Shown here in pieces: positions 1 to 8,707 of a stretch of DNA of 61,111 nucleotides (the first letter of the stretch is position 1; each line of letters opens with the position of its first letter). Source of the DNA: Deltaproteobacteria bacterium (GTDB lineage: Bacteria; Desulfobacterota; Syntrophobacteria; BM002). Both the position numbers and the translations under genes were made by a program. The notes below the pieces were generated by a model. That model worked only from the letters and a program-made list of their open reading frames with translations. It did no database searches and was not told the origin of the DNA. The stretch is from the NCBI GenBank assembly GCA_022340745.1, contig JAJDNL010000019.1, positions 1 through 61,111 on the forward strand. The letters are read 5' to 3'.

Positions 1-3
1 CTG

Positions 4-423
4 GTGGACAAGTTGCGGCAAAACTGTGAAGACCTGTTGTCCTTAGTCGCCTTGATGCAAAATCAAGTTGTTGGTCACATTCTTTTCACTCCCATCATGG
101 TTGAAAGTGAGGACAACATTGTCAAAGGAATGGCTTTAGCACCAATGGCCGTCCTGCCTGAGTATCAAAGGCAGGGAATAGGTTCAGAATTGATCCGCAC
201 TGGTATCGAAAAACTGAAGATGAGGCAATGTCCGTTCATCATTGTTCTGGGCCACGCTGAGTACTACCCTCGATTTGGGTTTGAACCTGCTAGTCGCTAT
301 GGAGTTCGGAGCGAGTGGGAAGTGCCAGACGAAGCGTTCATGATCTTGGTAATTGGTGCATTTGAGATGCAAGGCGGGGTGGCTCTAGCTAGATATAGAC
401 CAGAATTTGCCGAATCGATGTGA
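4..423 (+). CDS. GNAT-family N-acetyltransferase (YhbS-like), probably 5'-truncated by the window edge
   Basis: LAPMAVLPEYQRQGIGSELI (acetyl-CoA-binding motif A) and VLGHAEYYPRFGF; followed directly by an attC site. Confidence 0.9.
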   Translation: MDKLRQNCEDLLSLVALMQNQVVGHILFTPIMVESEDNIVKGMALAPMAVLPEYQRQGIGSELIRTGIEKLKMRQCPFIIVLGHAEYYPRFGFEPASRYGVRSEWEVPDEAFMILVIGAFEMQGGVALARYRPEFAESM

Positions 424-426
424 AGC

Positions 427-501
427 GCCTAACCACTCGCTGCAGTCGGACCCCTTCGACGCGCTCCGTTCACTCAGGGCCGTTGAGCTCGACCGTTAGG
501 C
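427..501 (+). mobile_element. Integron attC recombination site (intact)
   Basis: R'' GCCTAAC (427-433) and complementary R' GTTAGGC (495-501); inner boxes GCTGCAG-TCGGACCC / GGGCCG-TTGAGC; 75 bp; 3 bp after a stop codon. Confidence 0.88.
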
Positions 502-518
502 AAAAGACGGAGAATATT

Positions 519-761
519 ATGGATATCGAAATGCTGCAGGGATTTTTCTTCTGGTGCATGTTGGTCAATGTTGGAATATATGCTTGCACTGCTATAGCGG
601 TATTGGTATTGCGTGATTTCGTGTGCAAAATTCATAAAAAGTTGTTTGGTCTAGACGAAGAAACGGTCTACAAATCAATACAAAAATATTTGGCTACCTA
701 CAAGCTGTTGATAACTGTTTTCAACTTCGCACCCTGGATTGCAATACTGATAATTAAATAA
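519..761 (+). CDS. Small membrane protein, DUF6868-like (cassette gene)
   Basis: ATG at 519 after SD GGAG; two hydrophobic helices; FFFWCMLVN...YKLLITVFNFAPWIAI pattern. The ORF-track start (420) runs through the attC and is rejected. Confidence 0.7.
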   Translation: MDIEMLQGFFFWCMLVNVGIYACTAIAVLVLRDFVCKIHKKLFGLDEETVYKSIQKYLATYKLLITVFNFAPWIAILIIK

Positions 762-907
762 ATGGAATTATTATTTCTAATATTCCTTGCTATCGCCTTT
801 GCAGCTCCTGCATTCTATCTTGCAACAGCACATATTTCGTGACATCGGCGTGAGGCAACTCCGGGAGCAGCTGTCATCATGGGTTCAATGCCATATGATT
901 TTGTACG

Positions 908-1022
908 ACCTAACCACTCGCTGCAGTCGAACTCTGAGCTGCCTGCCCGGCGGCTTGTCTTGCCGAAGTTTTAACGTGGGCGGAAGGCTGGGTCGAAGGG
1001 CCGCTGGGCGGCCTTCTTAAGA
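908..1022 (+). mobile_element. Degenerate attC site
   Basis: CCTAACCACTCGCTGCAGTCG is identical to the left arm of the first attC; the right arm keeps GGGCCGCTG but R' has decayed to CTTAAGA. Confidence 0.7.
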
Positions 1023-1046
1023 AAGCAATACCGAAGGTGTCGAAAG

Positions 1047-1562
1047 ATGAACTGGGGGCTTGTGAAAACGATTATCGTGTTGCCTGGCACAGTGCTTATT
1101 GTCATCCCGGGAGCTATTCTCCTGGCCACCCAAGACTCGAAATTTGCACCAGAATTGGCATCTCCCACTCAGGTTTGCTTCTGGTTGGCCTCATTGGCCG
1201 CGATCATTGGTCTAGCTTTGAGCGCCTGGACAGTCACACTCTTCATGAAATTCGGCCAAGGAACTCCCGCTCCCTGGGACCCCCCGAAGAGATTGGTTAT
1301 TCAGGGTCCTTACCGCCATGTTAGAAACCCGATGATTACGGGCGCCTTGCTCATGCTTCTTGCTGAGGCAATCTTATTCCGATCTTTGCCGATAGCCACA
1401 TGGATGACGGTTTTCTTTATTGGCAATGCAATCTATTTTCCGCTTATTGAGGAGAACGGGTTAGAGAAAAGATTCGGCGACGAATACCGGGAATATAAAT
1501 CCCATGTTCCCCGCTGGATTCCTCAACTCAGGGCTTGGAAACAGGAAAACGATGGTGGGTAA
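1047..1562 (+). CDS. Isoprenylcysteine carboxyl methyltransferase / PEMT family membrane protein
   Basis: GQGTPAPWDPP, LVIQGPYRHVRNPM and EE..L.KRFGDEYREYKSHVPRW motifs. Confidence 0.9.
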   Translation: MNWGLVKTIIVLPGTVLIVIPGAILLATQDSKFAPELASPTQVCFWLASLAAIIGLALSAWTVTLFMKFGQGTPAPWDPPKRLVIQGPYRHVRNPMITGALLMLLAEAILFRSLPIATWMTVFFIGNAIYFPLIEENGLEKRFGDEYREYKSHVPRWIPQLRAWKQENDGG

Positions 1563-1584
1563 GCCCTTGAACTCGACCGCTATG
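1563..1584 (+). mobile_element. attC right-half remnant
   Basis: GCCCTTGAACTCGACCGCTATG matches 479-500 (GCCGTTGAGCTCGACCGTTAGG) at 18/22 positions, directly after a stop codon. Confidence 0.5.
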
Positions 1585-1606
1585 AGGCGGTTAAAATGAC
1601 ACTGCG

Positions 1607-1885
1607 ATGATGTTGGCACGGGACATATGGGGAAAGGTAAATAAAGACTTCGAAACTCCTGAGGAGGCAGCTCTTGCGCTGTCAGTCTTGGCTGACTTTG
1701 TGGACCAAAATCAAGAGCTGGCGAGTGACCGCCTATTGAGATGCATTGTGTTCGTCGCGAAGGGAGACCTCAATAGGCTGGAGAAAGCAATAAATTTGGC
1801 CAAAGAAGACTATCGAGATTTGATTGTCTGGGCAGAGTACGATGAGAAAAGTAAACGAGTTCGTGACCTAACGAATCCGTTCTAG
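1607..1885 (+). CDS. Hypothetical protein (cassette-like)
   Basis: 92-aa ORF with plausible composition; RLLRCIVFVAKGDL...AKEDYRDLIVWAEY. Confidence 0.65.
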   Translation: MMLARDIWGKVNKDFETPEEAALALSVLADFVDQNQELASDRLLRCIVFVAKGDLNRLEKAINLAKEDYRDLIVWAEYDEKSKRVRDLTNPF

Positions 1886-1896
1886 CCCTGCTGTTA

Positions 1897-2042
1897 TTGA
1901 AGCTCCCTGCAGCAAGACCTGTCGACGAGACTTGTCGATGAGACCTGTCGATGAGACCTGTCGACGAACTCAGGTCGAGTCGCTCAAGTCGTGTCGCTCA
2001 AGTCAAGTCGCTACGGGGAATGCGCTCGCCGCAGCATTTTCA
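1897..2042. mobile_element. MITE family A copy 1 (IS200/IS605-like ends; central core deleted; 4x13-mer + 3x14-mer tandem repeats)
   Basis: Ends TTGAAGCTCCCTGCAG ... GGGGAATGCGCTCGC..AGCATTTTCA are shared with five other copies. Confidence 0.85.
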
Positions 2043-2073
2043 TGCAACTGACATTTTATCAGGAGAGAAGGGA

Positions 2074-2526
2074 ATGCAGATATGGGTCGATGCTGATGCC
2101 TGCCCCAGAGTGATAAAAAATATTCTCTTTCGTGCAGCCGAGAGATTACAGATATCTTTAACTCTGGTCGCAAATCGGCCTCTACATACCCCTCCGTCAT
2201 GTTATATCAAGGCGATCCAAGTAGATCATGGTCTCGATGTGGCCGACAACCAAATAGTGCAAAAATTACGACAAGGCGACCTCGTCATTACCGCTGATAT
2301 ACCTCTTGCCGCTGAGGTTATAGAGAAAGGTGGCCATGCGCTTGACCCCAGGGGAGAATTCTATACAAAAGGCAATATTGGCGAGCGCCTTGCTGTGCGT
2401 AATTTCATGGATGAGCTGCGCAGTGGTGGCGTGGACACGGGTGGACCATCGTCGTTCAGCCAAAGTGATCGTCAAGCTTTTGCTAATCAATTAGATCGTT
2501 TTTTGGCTAAACACGGCAATACTTAA
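2074..2526 (+). CDS. yaiI: YaiI/YqxD family protein (UPF0178, DUF188)
   Basis: [11 protein letters not shown] start, [20 protein letters not shown]; the ORF-track N-terminal extension lies in a MITE. Confidence 0.92.
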   Translation: MQIWVDADACPRVIKNILFRAAERLQISLTLVANRPLHTPPSCYIKAIQVDHGLDVADNQIVQKLRQGDLVITADIPLAAEVIEKGGHALDPRGEFYTKGNIGERLAVRNFMDELRSGGVDTGGPSSFSQSDRQAFANQLDRFLAKHGNT

Positions 2527-2538
2527 CCCTGATATTTC

Positions 2539-2811
2539 ATGAATACAGATGCTTCCGAAAAGATGAGAGTGGTGGAGATTGAGGAAGAGCCTATTGAGCT
2601 TTATAAAATTCTAAAGTTCGAAAGCATGGTTCAAAGCGGGGGAGAGGCAAAACACGTTATTGCAGAAGGGCTCGTGCGTGTAAATGGTGGAATTGAAACC
2701 AGAAAAAGAAAAAAAATCATTGCGGGTGATATTATTGAATTTGAGGAAGAGAAGATTCGAATTATTACCAAAGGGAGTGGCTCAAGGCGCAAGGAAAAGG
2801 GCCGATGTTAG
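2539..2811 (+). CDS. S4-domain RNA-binding protein (YbcJ/YaaA-like)
   Basis: IELYKILK...SGGEAKHVIAEGLVRVNG..ETRKRKKI..GD. Confidence 0.9.
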   Translation: MNTDASEKMRVVEIEEEPIELYKILKFESMVQSGGEAKHVIAEGLVRVNGGIETRKRKKIIAGDIIEFEEEKIRIITKGSGSRRKEKGRC

Positions 2812-2813
2812 AT

Positions 2814-2938
2814 CGCATGGAGCATAGGGAGGTAATTTCGAATTGCGGATTGCGGATTGCGAATTTGAAAAGACATACGATATGGAATAATTATTCTATA
2901 CAAAATGTCTTTTTGCTGCCTGCTGTCTGCTGCTAGCT
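2814..2938. repeat. Composite heptamer-repeat block (GCATRGR, TTGCGGA, CTGCTGC units)
   Basis: 2814-2872 is a near reverse complement of the block at 15657-15716 / 22520-22580. Confidence 0.75.
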
Positions 2939-2976
2939 AACACCGGCCGTAGGGCCAAGACTTTCAAGGAGCAATC

Positions 2977-3180
2977 ATGCCTTATATAAATATCAAAGTG
3001 ACCGAGGAAGGCGTCACAGCAGCTCAAAAGGCTCAACTTATCAAGGGAGTGACAGACCTCCTCGCTGAAGTTCTGGGAAAGAATCCGGCAACTACAGTCG
3101 TGGTCATAGATGAGGTCCATACAGATAACTGGGGTATTGGTGGTGAAACTGTTACGGTGCGACGCCAACGAGGTCAATAA
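2977..3180 (+). CDS. 4-oxalocrotonate tautomerase family protein
   Basis: N-terminal catalytic Pro (MPYINIK), QKAQLIKGVT, NWGIGG; SD AAGGAG. Confidence 0.92.
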   Translation: MPYINIKVTEEGVTAAQKAQLIKGVTDLLAEVLGKNPATTVVVIDEVHTDNWGIGGETVTVRRQRGQ

Positions 3181-3249
3181 GAGATCTCCTGCTTTGGCCT
3201 CATCCTGGGACGAAAATATCGGGTTATTGAACCACCGGTGGAAGGTTCA

Positions 3250-3678
3250 ATGGTGAATGATCTATCCACTAATGCAAAACACCGGCCGAAATGGACTCTT
3301 TTTGCTGCCTTGCTTTTAACCGTGCCGGCTCCCTTCTTCATGCTGGTTGTGGGCGGTATAGTGCCGACATTCTGTATAATCTATCTCGCAGTTCACGGGC
3401 TCATTGTGGCTTTAGCAAAATTCACTGCCGAAGGTTTCTGGATGCTCGGTATATTGTGGACGCATGTCGTAATCCTCGGAGGCCTTCTCTATGTTGCAGC
3501 GGCCGGAATTACCTGGTTGCTGTTCCGCTTCTTACCCTATCGTTACGCTCGCGCGGTGGTGCTTGGGCTGATTGTCGCTCTTTTTGTAGTATCAACCTTT
3601 GAAATCTATCGAGTGCCTGGGCACAACAGTGCTCCACCGGCGAATATATTTCGCATTTATAAGGGCTTCTTTACCTAG
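3250..3678 (+). CDS. Hypothetical integral membrane protein
   Basis: About four hydrophobic segments; ATG at 3250 preceded by GGAAGG. Confidence 0.65.
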   Translation: MVNDLSTNAKHRPKWTLFAALLLTVPAPFFMLVVGGIVPTFCIIYLAVHGLIVALAKFTAEGFWMLGILWTHVVILGGLLYVAAAGITWLLFRFLPYRYARAVVLGLIVALFVVSTFEIYRVPGHNSAPPANIFRIYKGFFT

Positions 3679-3859
3679 CTCGGAGTATTCATGAAGCTGT
3701 GTCGCGAGACCGTGAAGATGGATGTTCCACCTGGCAACCGCAGGGGCTTGAATCCGAGGCGTACTAGAACAGTACGTCGCAGGTTTCAAGGCCAGAGGAC
3801 GCCAGGAAGGACGGTCATATCCACGGTCGAAGCAGCCGATTCATGAATACTATGGGCTA
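3676..3859. mobile_element. MITE family B copy 1 (20-bp imperfect TIRs, TA ends)
   Basis: TAGCTCGGAGTATTCATGAA ... TTCATGAATACTATGGGCTA (17/20 inverted match); internal homology to 9211-9438 and 53905-54234. Confidence 0.85.
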
Positions 3860-3934
3860 ACATCGGCAACAGCGATTCCGCCACGCGCCCCCTGCGGTGT
3901 AGGCGGGATTGCTATTTTTGCTCTGGGAAAGCTC

Positions 3935-4600
3935 ATGGGACAATCTGTAAAACACCGCATCCTCACCGAACTTTTCGTCCTCGGTGTACTAACCACTGTC
4001 TTTCTGGTTGTTTTTCCAAAACGGCCTATCTACCTTGACGTTCTCCTTGCTCTGTTCGCCCTCGGCCTCATTGCCTGGAACGCGCGGTTCACCAGAAACT
4101 CAATCTGGGCTCAGTTTCCACCGGAAGAGGATCTACAGACTCGAGTAAGACGATCATACCTTCTGGCCTCAGCCTTCACTATTCCCATAATTCTTGCCTT
4201 CGCGGCAATCGGACTTGCGCTCGGTTACAGGGAATCCGGCTGGAATGGAGCCTGGGCGCGATTTTTAAACTACCATCTCCCCCTAGCATTCGTCCTCTAC
4301 CTCCCGTGGGCTCTCCTGCAGCAGTTCCTCTTCCAGTTCTACCTTCTCGGGCGTCTTCTTACGCTTTTTCCTACGCCGGTCTCAGTAGTCGTCACGGGGA
4401 TGGCGTACTCTTTAGTCCACTTACCTGACATCGGCGTCACGCTTGCTGCCGCTGCTGCAGGAATCTTCTGGACTTTTCTCTACCGTCGCTATCGAGTCCT
4501 GCTCCCTCTGGGACTCTCTCATGCCTTCCTCGGGTCCACATTTTACTACTGGGTCTGCGGTCACGATCTTTTGATGGTTTGGAAAGAAATGTTACAGTAA
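3935..4600 (+). CDS. CPBP (CAAX protease/Abi) family membrane protein with degenerate first motif
   Basis: Multi-TM; motif order QQFLFQ (canonical EExxxR), YSLVH, LSHAFL. Confidence 0.7.
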   Translation: MGQSVKHRILTELFVLGVLTTVFLVVFPKRPIYLDVLLALFALGLIAWNARFTRNSIWAQFPPEEDLQTRVRRSYLLASAFTIPIILAFAAIGLALGYRESGWNGAWARFLNYHLPLAFVLYLPWALLQQFLFQFYLLGRLLTLFPTPVSVVVTGMAYSLVHLPDIGVTLAAAAAGIFWTFLYRRYRVLLPLGLSHAFLGSTFYYWVCGHDLLMVWKEMLQ

Positions 4601-4663
4601 TTTATCTATTCGTCCATGGATTGTGAGTCCGAAGATATCCGGGCTAAAAAAGGAGTTAACATA

Positions 4664-4924
4664 ATGAGTAATGTCGATGAACTAACAAAGGCATTAGAGC
4701 TTGACAGAGATGGCCATTGGGATAGTGCTCATACAATTGTACAGGGAATTGAATCGTTAGATTCTTATTGGATCCATGCATACTTGCACCGAAAAGAGGG
4801 GGCTTTAGGAAACTCAAACTACTGGTACAGGAGAGCCAACAAGACAATGCCGGAGTATGATATAGATCAAGAATGGAATGAGTTGTATGAATATATCACC
4901 TCAAAGCAAAAAAACGAGAGCTAG
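4664..4924 (+). CDS. Conserved hypothetical protein
   Basis: SD AAGGAG before ATG 4664; WDSAH...WIHAYLHRKEG...NSNYWYRRA pattern. Confidence 0.75.
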   Translation: MSNVDELTKALELDRDGHWDSAHTIVQGIESLDSYWIHAYLHRKEGALGNSNYWYRRANKTMPEYDIDQEWNELYEYITSKQKNES

Positions 4925-5302
4925 GTTTCAGGTGTCAGGAAAAAGAAGCATAGGAGTTGAAAAAGTGACAAAGGAATTTGCCCATTTGCCATTCCTTGTC
5001 ACCTTCATGTCATATGAGCTATAAATGCAACTTCAAAGCCATAAGGATTTTAGATTTTAGAATGCAGATTTTAGATTGAAGAGCTTAGTACCTCGCCGCA
5101 ATGAAGGCGTTTAGCTCAATCTGCAATCATAGATCATACGAAGACTGGCCCTGGGGACCAAGTTTTCTGGGACCTAACAGAGTATTATGTCACTCAACCT
5201 AAACTCAAGCGATTTAGCAAGAATCGGGTGGCTACTCCATCTGCCATAGGCTACGGTGCCTTGAAACGGTAGTCTATAAATTTTCAATCATGGAGATTAG
5301 CT

Positions 5303-6172
5303 ATGAAGTCTGATTATGAGAGAATTGCTGCTGCCATCCGCTTCATTGAACGAAGTGCACCTGAACAGCCTACTCTTGCTGATATTGCATCCGAACTAGG
5401 TCTTAGTACGTTTCATTTTCAACGTCTGTTCCAACGCTGGGCAGGTGTATCGCCGAAGCGTTTTCTGCAGTTTCTCACTGTCCAGCACGCAAAACAGCTT
5501 CTGGAACACTCCAAAAGCGTGCTGGACACAACCTATGAAGTGGGGCTATCGGGTCCGGCGCGTCTCCACGACCACTTCGTCTCCCTGGAGGCTGTCACGC
5601 CTGGCGAATACAAAACACGAGGCGCTGGACTCCGGATTGGCTATGGGATTCAACCAAGCCCTTTCGGCTCAATGTTTCTGGCCACCACCAAACGGGGTGT
5701 CTGTTGGCTTTCCTTCCTTGCAGATGAGTCTGCGGAACGTGAACTGGCTTCACTGCAACGGTTTTGGCAGGGAGCTGAGGTTTATCCGGACAAAGAAGGT
5801 ACCGGCGCCATAGCAAAGAGAATCTTCACTCGCCAAAAAAATGAAAACGGCTCACTGACTTTACTGGTAAAGGGAACGAACTTTCAAATCAACGTTTGGA
5901 AAGCTCTTCTCAGAATACCTCCTGGCCTTCTCTGCTCCTATAGTCAGGTTGCACGGACCATTGGAAACCCTTCTGCCTCCCGTGCGGTGGGTACAGCGAT
6001 CGCTGTCAACCCGGTAGCCTATCTCATCCCCTGTCATCGTGTGATTCGAAAGGTCGGCACCCCGGGTGACTATCGATGGGGTGACGTACGCAAAAAAGCT
6101 CTTATTGGTTGGGAGGCTGCAAACCTTCCCGCCATGCCAAGAGACCGTACTCTAAGCCCGGATATTTCATGA
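5303..6172 (+). CDS. AraC-HTH / O6-methylguanine-DNA methyltransferase fusion (Ada-like, no Zn-binding domain)
   Basis: LSTFHFQRLFQRWAGVSPK HTH; GTNFQINVW, RAVG and active-site IPCHRVI. Confidence 0.92.
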   Translation: MKSDYERIAAAIRFIERSAPEQPTLADIASELGLSTFHFQRLFQRWAGVSPKRFLQFLTVQHAKQLLEHSKSVLDTTYEVGLSGPARLHDHFVSLEAVTPGEYKTRGAGLRIGYGIQPSPFGSMFLATTKRGVCWLSFLADESAERELASLQRFWQGAEVYPDKEGTGAIAKRIFTRQKNENGSLTLLVKGTNFQINVWKALLRIPPGLLCSYSQVARTIGNPSASRAVGTAIAVNPVAYLIPCHRVIRKVGTPGDYRWGDVRKKALIGWEAANLPAMPRDRTLSPDIS

Positions 6173-6204
6173 ATCACTTGCTTTGATTCTCTATCGGAGA
6201 CTAT

Positions 6205-6765
6205 ATGACAACGAACAGCAATTGTTCTGCCCTGGTCGACCCGAAGCGATTTAGGCCGATTCAGGATCTGCATACATGGTCTCCCGATTGTATGGTGGCA
6301 GTCGATGACAGTTTCGAATTGAAAAACGAATTTCTTTTTATCACCGATCCAATTCATCTCGGTCAGACAAAGAGTGCAAGCACCGACCCATCGGCGAGTT
6401 ATGTGCAAAGGCGTGGTCTGACGGTGACACATTATGGTGGCAAGGCTTCATGCCCGGTGTTGTGGTGCAATCCATACCTCTTGCTTCCACTGTCACAGTC
6501 CTTGGAAGAAAAGTTCTTGTTGCCTGCCAACTCAGAAACGCTGGCGGAAAAGATTTCCTGCCACTCCGGATCACTTCTTTTTTTACCGTTGGCGAATGAC
6601 ATTCCACGGTCTTTGCTTGAACGGGTACATAAGGTTTGCACGGACAAAAACGGGGCAAAGATACAGCTCGCAGTGGGAACGTATCGAGTATTCTATGAGC
6701 AACTCGAATTCCCCTCGGGCTCCCAAGAGGAACTCTACCGAAATATTGTGGCTCAGAAGCAGTAA
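6205..6765 (+). CDS. Hypothetical protein
   Basis: 186-aa ORF with SD GGAG, co-oriented with neighbours; no recognised motif. Confidence 0.55.
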   Translation: MTTNSNCSALVDPKRFRPIQDLHTWSPDCMVAVDDSFELKNEFLFITDPIHLGQTKSASTDPSASYVQRRGLTVTHYGGKASCPVLWCNPYLLLPLSQSLEEKFLLPANSETLAEKISCHSGSLLFLPLANDIPRSLLERVHKVCTDKNGAKIQLAVGTYRVFYEQLEFPSGSQEELYRNIVAQKQ

Positions 6766-6845
6766 GATTGCTTTCTCCAATTTCAGTACAGCTGACCTGG
6801 AAAACAGCTCGTTCGCGCGCTGCGCCCCAACCTCATGGGGGAACA

Positions 6846-7544
6846 ATGATGTACAATATGAAAAAAGGACATATATGGTTCACGGTATGGATGTGCGGTT
6901 TAACGCTCCTGGCGGCGTGCTCTGGCACCTCAGCACAGCAACATGAGAGCAATGAGGTTGATCAACGGCATGGGGCAGTCGCCCCCCAGACATACGTGTA
7001 TGAATGCAGCGACAGCTACAGCTTTGTGGCACGCATAGAGGGCGAAAAAGCCTGGTTGTTTTTGCCGAAGAAGACTGTACCTCTTCCCCATGTTCCATCG
7101 GCTTCCGGGGCGAAGTACAGTGACGGGCAGATTACGTTTTGGAGCAAGGGAGATGAAGCATTGATCGAGGATGGTCAAAAAACGCACCGTGATTGCAAGA
7201 ACAACCGGGCAAGAGCCATCTGGGAACATGCCAAGTTGGGAGGTGTCGATTTCAGGGCCGTTGGCAACGAGCCGGGTTGGTATCTGGAGCTAAGAAAAGG
7301 TGACCGTGTCATATTCGTAGCCGACTACGGCCAGAGACGATATGAGTTTACCACACCTGCGCCTACGCTGGACCAGGAGGCTCGAGTAGCAACCTACAGG
7401 GTTCAGGCCAATGAGCATGAGTTGCTCATTGTGCTTACAGGACAACGCTGCCGTGATTCTATGAGCGGCGAACTGTTTGAGACCAGTGTCACCGTGATCT
7501 TAGACGACATAGAATATCAAGGATGTGGCCGCCCACTGCACTAA
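6846..7544 (+). CDS. Lipoprotein with MliC-like domain and C-terminal COG3650-like domain
   Basis: Lipobox LAAC; SASGAKY..FWSKGDEA (MliC); FRAVGNEPGW, CRDSMSG, YQGCG. Confidence 0.85.
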   Translation: MMYNMKKGHIWFTVWMCGLTLLAACSGTSAQQHESNEVDQRHGAVAPQTYVYECSDSYSFVARIEGEKAWLFLPKKTVPLPHVPSASGAKYSDGQITFWSKGDEALIEDGQKTHRDCKNNRARAIWEHAKLGGVDFRAVGNEPGWYLELRKGDRVIFVADYGQRRYEFTTPAPTLDQEARVATYRVQANEHELLIVLTGQRCRDSMSGELFETSVTVILDDIEYQGCGRPLH

Positions 7545-7581
7545 TGCTACCCACGCCACAAGGCGATGGAAAATAGAGGAA

Positions 7582-7869
7582 ATGCCTAACTACAGAATAA
7601 CCCACAATGGTCCAATTTCTGGACTCATCACATACTGGATAGGTCGTATTTGGATGAGGGTATTTGGCTGGGATGTTCTGGGCCAGGTTCCGGTTGGTGG
7701 CAAGTTTGTCTTTGTGGGTGCACCACATGCAAGAAACTGGGACTTTCCTTTCATGCTTGCCGCAGTATATATCTTCCGCCTAAGGATCTCTTGGCTGGGA
7801 CAAGATGCACTTTTTAGAAAACCTTTTGGCAGAGTGATGAGATGGTTAGGCCGAAAGAAAAGTTGGTAG
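7582..7869 (+). pseudogene. Truncated PlsC-like acyltransferase (N-terminal fragment)
   Basis: APHARNWDF (HxxxxD motif), then LFRKPFG..MRWLG and an early stop; later motifs are absent. Confidence 0.65.
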
Positions 7870-7882
7870 AAGAGGATCTATT

Positions 7883-8167
7883 ATGAATGCAGATGAGATG
7901 TCAAATGGCCTTGATGTCGTGGCAGAAATCCTGCTGAGGTGCTTTCTCTTTTCTCTTGCTCTCTTAATAGTGTGGTTTATGAGCTATGTGGTCGGAGGTG
8001 ATTGGATATACAGTATGCATGCGAAGTGGTTCAACGTGAGCAAACACGAGTTCGTCCTGATGAATTACTACGGCTTGGCTCTGGTCAAATTGTGCGCTGT
8101 TGTTTTCTTCCTCCTGCCGTACGGTGCCATCAAGCTGATGTCGCGCAAGAAAAAATATAGTATGTAA
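7883..8167 (+). CDS. Small membrane protein, DUF6868-like
   Basis: LLRCF...DWIYSMHAKWF...YYGLALVKL..VFFLLPYGAI; SD GAGGA. Confidence 0.75.
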   Translation: MNADEMSNGLDVVAEILLRCFLFSLALLIVWFMSYVVGGDWIYSMHAKWFNVSKHEFVLMNYYGLALVKLCAVVFFLLPYGAIKLMSRKKKYSM

Positions 8168-8209
8168 CAATTCATTTGAATAAAAGCCCGGAGGTTTCAA
8201 GCAAATAAA

Positions 8210-8707
8210 ATGAAGCTTAAAATTTTTACCGTTGGCGGTACGATAGACAAGATATATTTCGATAAGAAAAGCAAGTATCAGGTTGGGGAGCCGGCTGTAG
8301 ATCAAGTATTAAAAGAGGCAAACATCAATTTTGCATTTCAAATTGAATCCATCTTAAGAAAAGATAGCCTCGACATGACCGATGATGACCGCCAACTCAT
8401 CTTCGACAAAATAGAGGCTGATGATCACAAATATGTAATAGTAACGCACGGAACTGATACTATAATTCAAACGGCAAAAAAAATTATGAGTATTCAGAAT
8501 AAAGTTATCGTGCTTACCGGGGCAATTGAACCTGCCAGGTCTAAATCAAGTGATGCCCCCTTTAATATTGGTTCTGCAGTTGCTGCTGTTCAATTGTTGC
8601 CGGTTGGTGTCTACATCGTTATGAACGGACGCGTTTTTGATCCAAATAGAGTTCAAAAAAATGTGAAACTGAATAGGTTTGAAGAGGCTGGGCATGAAAT
8701 ACTCTGA
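8210..8707 (+). CDS. Short asparaginase-domain protein
   Basis: TVGGTIDK, DSLDM, VTHGTDT, VLTGA and DAPFN motifs. Confidence 0.9.
   Translation: MKLKIFTVGGTIDKIYFDKKSKYQVGEPAVDQVLKEANINFAFQIESILRKDSLDMTDDDRQLIFDKIEADDHKYVIVTHGTDTIIQTAKKIMSIQNKVIVLTGAIEPARSKSSDAPFNIGSAVAAVQLLPVGVYIVMNGRVFDPNRVQKNVKLNRFEEAGHEIL

Noticed and set aside
420-518. ORF-track N-terminal extensions (also 1951, 22568, 50614, 60167, 51889)
   Set aside because: They run through attC, MITE, repeat or leader DNA; downstream starts have SD sequences or match family N-termini.
1866-1885. ACCTAAC as a fourth attC R'' box
   Set aside because: It lies in the coding C-terminus (RDLTNPF) with no L boxes or R' partner.
1914-2012. 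13/14-bp tandem repeats as a CRISPR array
   Set aside because: Units abut with no unique spacers, are too short, and there are no cas genes in the window.
3854-3905. GGCTAAC...GTGTAGGC as a degenerate attC (similar weak cases near 2935, 5172 and 6776)
   Set aside because: The left motif is largely the MITE B end, there is no GTT core and internal pairing is poor; it cannot be supported by eye.
5303-6172. Ada-like protein lacking the Zn-binding domain as a novelty
   Set aside because: The HTH-methyltransferase fusion without it is a common architecture.
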